From the NCBI RefSeq assembly GCF_009914755.1, contig NC_060925.1: 64,000 nucleotides of DNA, one strand, 5' to 3'. This DNA comes from the human T2T-CHM13v2.0 reference genome, Homo sapiens. The translations under genes and the position numbers were made by a program. Under the pieces are notes generated by a model. That model saw only the letters and a program-made list of their open reading frames with translations, ran no database searches and had not been told where the DNA came from. Within the stretch, counting starts at the first letter, position 1; each line of letters starts with the position of its first letter. Below are positions 55,463 to 64,000 of this stretch, in pieces.

Positions 55463-55717
55463 TAAAGAAGTGGACAATCACATCAACCTAGTAAAGTGAG
55501 GCCTTCTGGGGTTCATTAGCCCTGTGAAGCCCCTCACCCTGGCGCAGGTGCTGCTGAGCAGTGAGAGGGGCATGACAGAGCCAGTTGTCAAAGGAGTGTC
55601 GCAGGGGACAGTGTTCTCCACGCTCAGCCACAGCTGGGTTCAGCGTCCTGTCCTCCCCTGCACCCCTCCCACTGCCCACACAGGTGGGGCCACAGTGCAG
55701 GGCACTGGACACCAGCT

Positions 55718-55842
55718 TGGGTCGTGACTGTATCACAGCGAGCGTGGGTCAGAGACTGGGCCAGAAACTACGTCACAGCAAGTGTGGGTCAGAGACTGGG
55801 TCGTGACTACATCACAGTGAGTGCAGGTCAGAGACTGGGTCA
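55718..55842. repeat. 39-40 bp tandem repeat x3
   Basis: tcacag...ggtcagagactggg repeated three times. Confidence 0.85.
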
Positions 55843-56529
55843 AAGCTCAGTGGTGTCTTCAGTGGAGTGAGGCTGAGATGTTAGGTTGCATGAGGGCTGG
55901 CGGCATGGGCACTCTTAGGGGTGGGGTGGCCTGAGGCCTGCACTCAGCCCTCTCTGTGCCTCCTGCCCTGCCCAGGCTGGAAAGCTTAGGTCATCCCGGG
56001 CACGTGCAGGGTCAGTGCTGTGGATGTCATGGACCTGGCTGCAGCTCCCGGGGCTGGGGGCTGTGTGGTTCGGGAGTCCTACTTGAGGTCAGCTCAGGGT
56101 CCCCTCAGTCGCCCTGAGAAATTCGTGCACCTTCCCAAACCCCTTCTTGCCAAACTCGCCGAAGGCAACTCGACGCATCCAACCCAACTCCACAGGAAAG
56201 CATTTAGGACGAGGCAGCTGTCTCTCTCCTGGGCTTTGAAAACCCAGCTCGCTGTTCTGTGGAAGCACAAAGCATGAGAAACGAGGAAAGAGGAAAAAGA
56301 ACCTGATTTTGGAGTTCCTAGGAACATAAACAAACCCAGAGAAACTGAAAAAGGCAACGTGAAGACTAACCCTTCCAACCACTGCATTCACCGAGTCCCC
56401 TTTCCACTTCCCCGCAGTTTGCCGGTCAGGTGCAAAACCCCCCAGATCTTGCTCTCTGCCCCCAGATGGGAAGGACTCGCACCGTTCTGGGGCCTGCCTG
56501 CTGCCAGTCCCGGCTGCACACCGACTCAC

Positions 56530-56634
56530 TCGCTCTCCTTCAGCACGGCCTCAGTCCTCGACTGCAGGTCTCTCTCGTTCTCCAGCTCTGCAAACAGGCG
56601 TCTGGACACGGCCTGGAGGCGGCCCACAGCGGCC
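56530..56634 (-). CDS. CFAP74: CFAP74 coding exon 5 (105 nt, c.396-500)
   Basis: ctgcag|GGCCGC...AGCGA|gtgagt; MAAVGRLQAVSRRLFAELENERDLQSRTEAVLKES. Confidence 0.93.
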
Positions 56635-57246
56635 CTGCAGTGGTGAACGGACAGGCCGGGCGTGTGTCAGGCCTCAGTCATCCAGGGGCCATCCAGGTTC
56701 ACCTGGCACTCCCTGGCCTCCTCTCGCTCAGGAGGGAAATCTCGGCACTGGGCCACCTAGCCAATGGAGCGTGGGGCTGGCGGGAGGCTCTCCACATGCC
56801 CCTTTCCGCTGGGCAGGCAGTGCCCACATGGCACAGCCCCAGGGGGAGTGAGGGCTTGGGGAGCCTGCCCTGGACCCTCAGTGGCCCCTGCATGAAGCCC
56901 CTGGGGGCAGCAGCCATCCAGGCCTGTGACCCGGGAAGGACCCAGCACGTGCGACAAGCCCCAAGCCCTCGCGTCAGGGCGCCCTGGGTCCCCTCCCTCC
57001 CTCCTGTTCCCCTCCTGGGCATCATCCACCCCAGCACACATCCAGTGCCAGCCCAGCCACGTTCCTAGAGACCACTTCCCGGGCGGTGGGCGGTTGCCCA
57101 CGAGAGCGGCACAGTGTGATGCTGGCCAGAGGTCCCGGCCATGTGGACACGGGTGGTGGGCTTTGAGCAGCTGGCCGGGTATGGCAGTCACCCCTAGATC
57201 CTGGGTGCCACAGTCCAGGAATGAGGCAGGTCAAAACCCTGCAGAG

Positions 57247-59250
<2,004 letters not shown>

Positions 59251-59655
59251 CTGAATGTTTTTAGTTTTTAGGAGACGCTGAAATATTTAGGAGTGACGTA
59301 TCATGTCTGTGATTTGCTTTAACATAATTTAGCACAAAATCCCATAGATATAAAATACAAACACACACAAACACAGAAAGAAGCTACAACGAAAGCTTGA
59401 CAGGTGGCAACTCTGGGTGGCGCTGGGGGCAGCGGGGCCACTTGTTTCCGCCTTTTCTGTGGGAAGGGGGCTGGGAGCGCTGGGCACTAGCTCCCGGGTG
59501 GGGCTTGCAGAACTGCTCCTCCATGGAGACCCTGTGCGACCCTCCCTTGCAGGCCCTCAGGGTGACGACAGGTACAGGACCACCCCTGCTGCACCCATGT
59601 CACGGCCTGGGGGGCATCAAGAGGTGCAGGTGCAGCGGCCTCAGCCCCAGCTCAC

Positions 59656-59799
59656 CTCATCTTCTCAGTGAAAAGCTCTTGCTCCTCATGCATCTTATCC
59701 AGGGCGCTCAGGTTCTGCCGCAGGTGAAATGCCTGCGTTCTGTCCTCAGCTGTTTTCTTCTTCAATTTATCAGCATCAGTATCTAGTTCTTTCACTGAG
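59656..59799 (-). CDS. CFAP74: CFAP74 coding exon 3 (144 nt, c.153-296)
   Basis: cctaag|CTCAGT...ATGAG|gtgagc; SSVKELDTDADKLKKK...FTEKM. Confidence 0.93.
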
Positions 59800-60032
59800 C
59801 TTAGGATGAAAAGGACGTCAGCTGCCACCACCCCAGCTGCAGGCTCAGAACTCATTCCTCGGTGTGGCTGCCGGGGTAGGTGCCTGACAGTTCTGCTTCA
59901 GGGCGGGAGCTGCGGGAGCTACAGCCTGTGGGAGGGAGGAAGCAGCCGCCCCGCTCCCTTCACCCACCCCCCCACCCCCACCCCCACCCCCACCCCCCCA
60001 CACCCACCTCCACCCCCGATCCTCCGAGTTAC

Positions 60033-60117
60033 CTGCTGTGTCCCGGGTCCACGTCATCCTCAGCTTCCTGTAGAAGACATTTGATGTCAAACTCCGGATC
60101 CTCTAATTCATCTCTTT
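60033..60117 (-). CDS. CFAP74: CFAP74 coding exon 2 (85 nt, c.68-152)
   Basis: tttctag|AAAGAG...CAGCAG|gtaact; ERDELEDPEFDIKCLLQEAEDDVDPGHS. Confidence 0.93.
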
Positions 60118-60214
60118 CTAGAAATCAAGGCAAGAGTTTAAAAAAAAAAAAAAGCAGATCAAACATTTGCATCTGAAGTTTTAGGATAAATCTTTTTCTT
60201 TTTTTGGGACAGGG

Positions 60215-60630
60215 TGTAAGGAACCTGCTGCACTGCAGCCACACAAGCACAGGCAGAGGTAAACAGCCTGGGTGACTCAGTGGGACTGGGGCGCTGGCGC
60301 CTTGAGAGAGAGAGAGAGAGTCAGGGACATCCGTCTTTGCAGACGGACAGCGGGGAGCAAGGGCACAGCACCGCTTGGCTGGTGTCCAGAGAAAGAGTTA
60401 AGCTGCTGACCCTGAAGTCAAGGGAGAGCCGGCCACGCAGCTGTGTGTGTGGGAGCCGCCGGACTAACCAGCCAGGACAGGGCGGACGGTGTGAGACAAA
60501 GCCGTTGGGGAGAGCTGCTGCTGAATAAAATCCTTTTTCACCTGCCTACGGCCCCCGAGCGTTCCTTCTGCTCATCCACCCACTCCCTTTGGACCTCAAC
60601 ATGACGTTCGGCGTAGTCATGAACCTGACG
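60215..60630 (+). mobile_element. Solo LTR (probably ERVL class, LTR18/LTR32-like)
   Basis: Starts TGTAAGGAAC, AATAAA at 60524-60529, ends GAACCTGAC(G). Family assignment is from memory. Confidence 0.65.
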
Positions 60631-60988
60631 TGGAGTCTCTGTTGCCCAGGCTGGAGTGCGGTGGCGTGATCTTGGCTCTCTGCCACCTTCGCCTCCCAGG
60701 TTCAAGGGATCCTCCCACCTCAGCCTCCCGAGTAGCTGAGGCTACAGATGTGTCCTACCATGCCCAGCTAATTTTTATATTTTTAGTAGAGAGAGGGTTT
60801 CCCTATGATGACCAGGCTGGTCTTGGACTCCTGACCTCAAGTGAGCCACCCGTCTCGGCCTCCCCAAGTGCTGGGATGACAGGCGTGGGCCACCACACCC
60901 GGCCCGTGTTAGGATAAATCTTGACACGCACTAACTTGGTGGTACCACACCCGGCCAGTGTTAGGATAAATCTTGACAAGTCTAACTT

Positions 60989-61391
60989 GATGGTTCTCAA
61001 AGCAAAATCCGAGGAACCCTGAGGGTCCCTTAGTGTCCTTCAGGGCCTGTGAGGTGAAAACTGTCTTCATGATCACACTCGCACGCCATTTGTCTCCTCA
61101 CTCTCTTCCCATGAGAGGACAGTGGCGTTTTCCAGAGGCTGCATGACAGGTGACGTCACAACAGACAGCTCTAAGACTCCAGCTGTCTTCCATTAAACCC
61201 AACTCTTAACGTTACTGCCAATAGGTTCGTTATTGCTATTTTAAGTGGCTACGTATTAAAATGTTTCCAGCTTTAATTTTTGATACAGTAAGTATGGAAA
61301 GATACAGGCAACATAAACAAATGTTCTCTGTGTCTTCAATAATTTTTAAGAATGTAAAGGGGTTCTCAGACAAAAGAGGCTGAAGGTCACT
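60989..61391. mobile_element. hAT-Charlie DNA transposon remnant
   Basis: tggttctcaaag...gaggtgaaaact...aatgtaaagggg...tgaaggtcact, with degenerate terminal inverted repeats. Confidence 0.55.
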
Positions 61392-62033
61392 ATCTCAGAA
61401 GATTACAGCGGACTTCCGGCAAAACACGGCAAAGGGAACACAGTTTTTCTTCCCTTCATTAAATCTCAGTAAAAATGATGGAAAAGGCAGAAAGCCACAG
61501 TCACAAGGGGGGCGGGAGAGGGAGACAGTGGCGGGGGGCAGGGGGGAGAAGGCCACACAGCGCCAGGAGCTGACTCAGCACACAACAGAACCCAAAACGG
61601 GGTGGGGAGTGGGGTGGGGGTGGGAAGGAAATGCGTTCCCAGATTGCGATGGCCTGCCTGTGCCCAGAACTAGAACCAAATCAAGGCACGTCTCAGTAAC
61701 ATTTCAGATCATCAGAGATTTTTTAAAAACAGCTTCCAGGAAAAGAAAACAAAAATAGGTCACATTCAAAGGATTGGGATAAAAATGGCATCAGATTTCT
61801 CAATACTGATGTTGGAAACTAGAAAACTATGGTCTGCCGCCTTCAACATCTCAGCCACAATTTATCTTTCTTTCAAATAAAGACAATAATATAAGCTCCC
61901 TCTTTGAGAGAAAAATATGAGTGTAAAAGATACCCTCTCCCAGAAATAAAGGGAATTAAAGGGCTACTATGAAGCATGTCATTTGTTTGTCTTTTTGCTG
62001 AAACTTCCGTTACTGTGAAAGAAGCTTTATTAC

Positions 62034-62100
62034 CATCTTCCAAAAGAAGGGCATCGGCCAAAAGCTCGTCCTCAGGGAGCAGGCTGCCGTCATCCTCCAT
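62034..62100 (-). CDS. CFAP74: CFAP74 coding exon 1 (c.1-67; exon starts at 62119 with 19 nt of 5'UTR)
   Basis: Acceptor tcttttgcag|ctaat; strong Kozak cccAGCATGG; MEDDGSLLPEDELLADALLLED; donor G|gtaata. Confidence 0.93.
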
Positions 62101-62333
62101 GCTGGGAGATAGAAATTAGCTGCAAAAGATGATCGCAAAATATAGATCAATAAAATCATAGATTTAAAAGACGGTGAATTAACCATTTCTCTTAAAGAAG
62201 GCATTAAGAAAACAAACGACAGATTAGGAAAAAATATTTGCAGCACACACATATCTGACACAAGTCTTACATCTGGAACACATGAAGAGCTCCTATCAAC
62301 CACATGAAGTCCAAACTCCAGTTTAAAAGGTCA

Positions 62334-63917
<1,584 letters not shown>

Positions 63918-64000
63918 CAAAAACAATTCTTAAATAATTTCAAAATTATCATTACACTTTGCTTATCATTTTGGGAATGTTAGGAGCTTGCTCGTGTGGA

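Overview
Human, GC-rich, Alu- and minisatellite-dense genomic DNA. It contains most of the motile-cilia gene CFAP74 (recognised from its translation; from memory the locus is at 1p36.33 and was historically split into KIAA1751 and C1orf222). The gene lies on the minus strand. I traced 25 consecutive GT-AG coding exons from the ATG at 62100 to 1605. They splice in frame (3288 nt, aa 1-1096) into an N-terminal acidic/coiled-coil region followed by ASH/PapD-like Ig-fold repeats. The promoter/non-coding first exon and the C-terminal exons lie outside the window. Nearly all long ORFs in the supplied track are artefacts of Alus or tandem repeats. The most striking non-coding signals are: (1) an 18x58-bp intronic minisatellite whose unit stacks an RBPJ/CSL site, a CLEAR/USF-type E-box and a HES/HEY-type box; (2) a 6x18-bp array of perfect ETS/GABPA sites just past a read-through stop codon; (3) a 76-bp repeat that triplicates an exon's 5' splice site; (4) an inverted templated insertion inside an Alu; and (5) a 185-bp local duplication. 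No novel protein-coding system is supported. The regulatory readings are hypotheses from motif content only.
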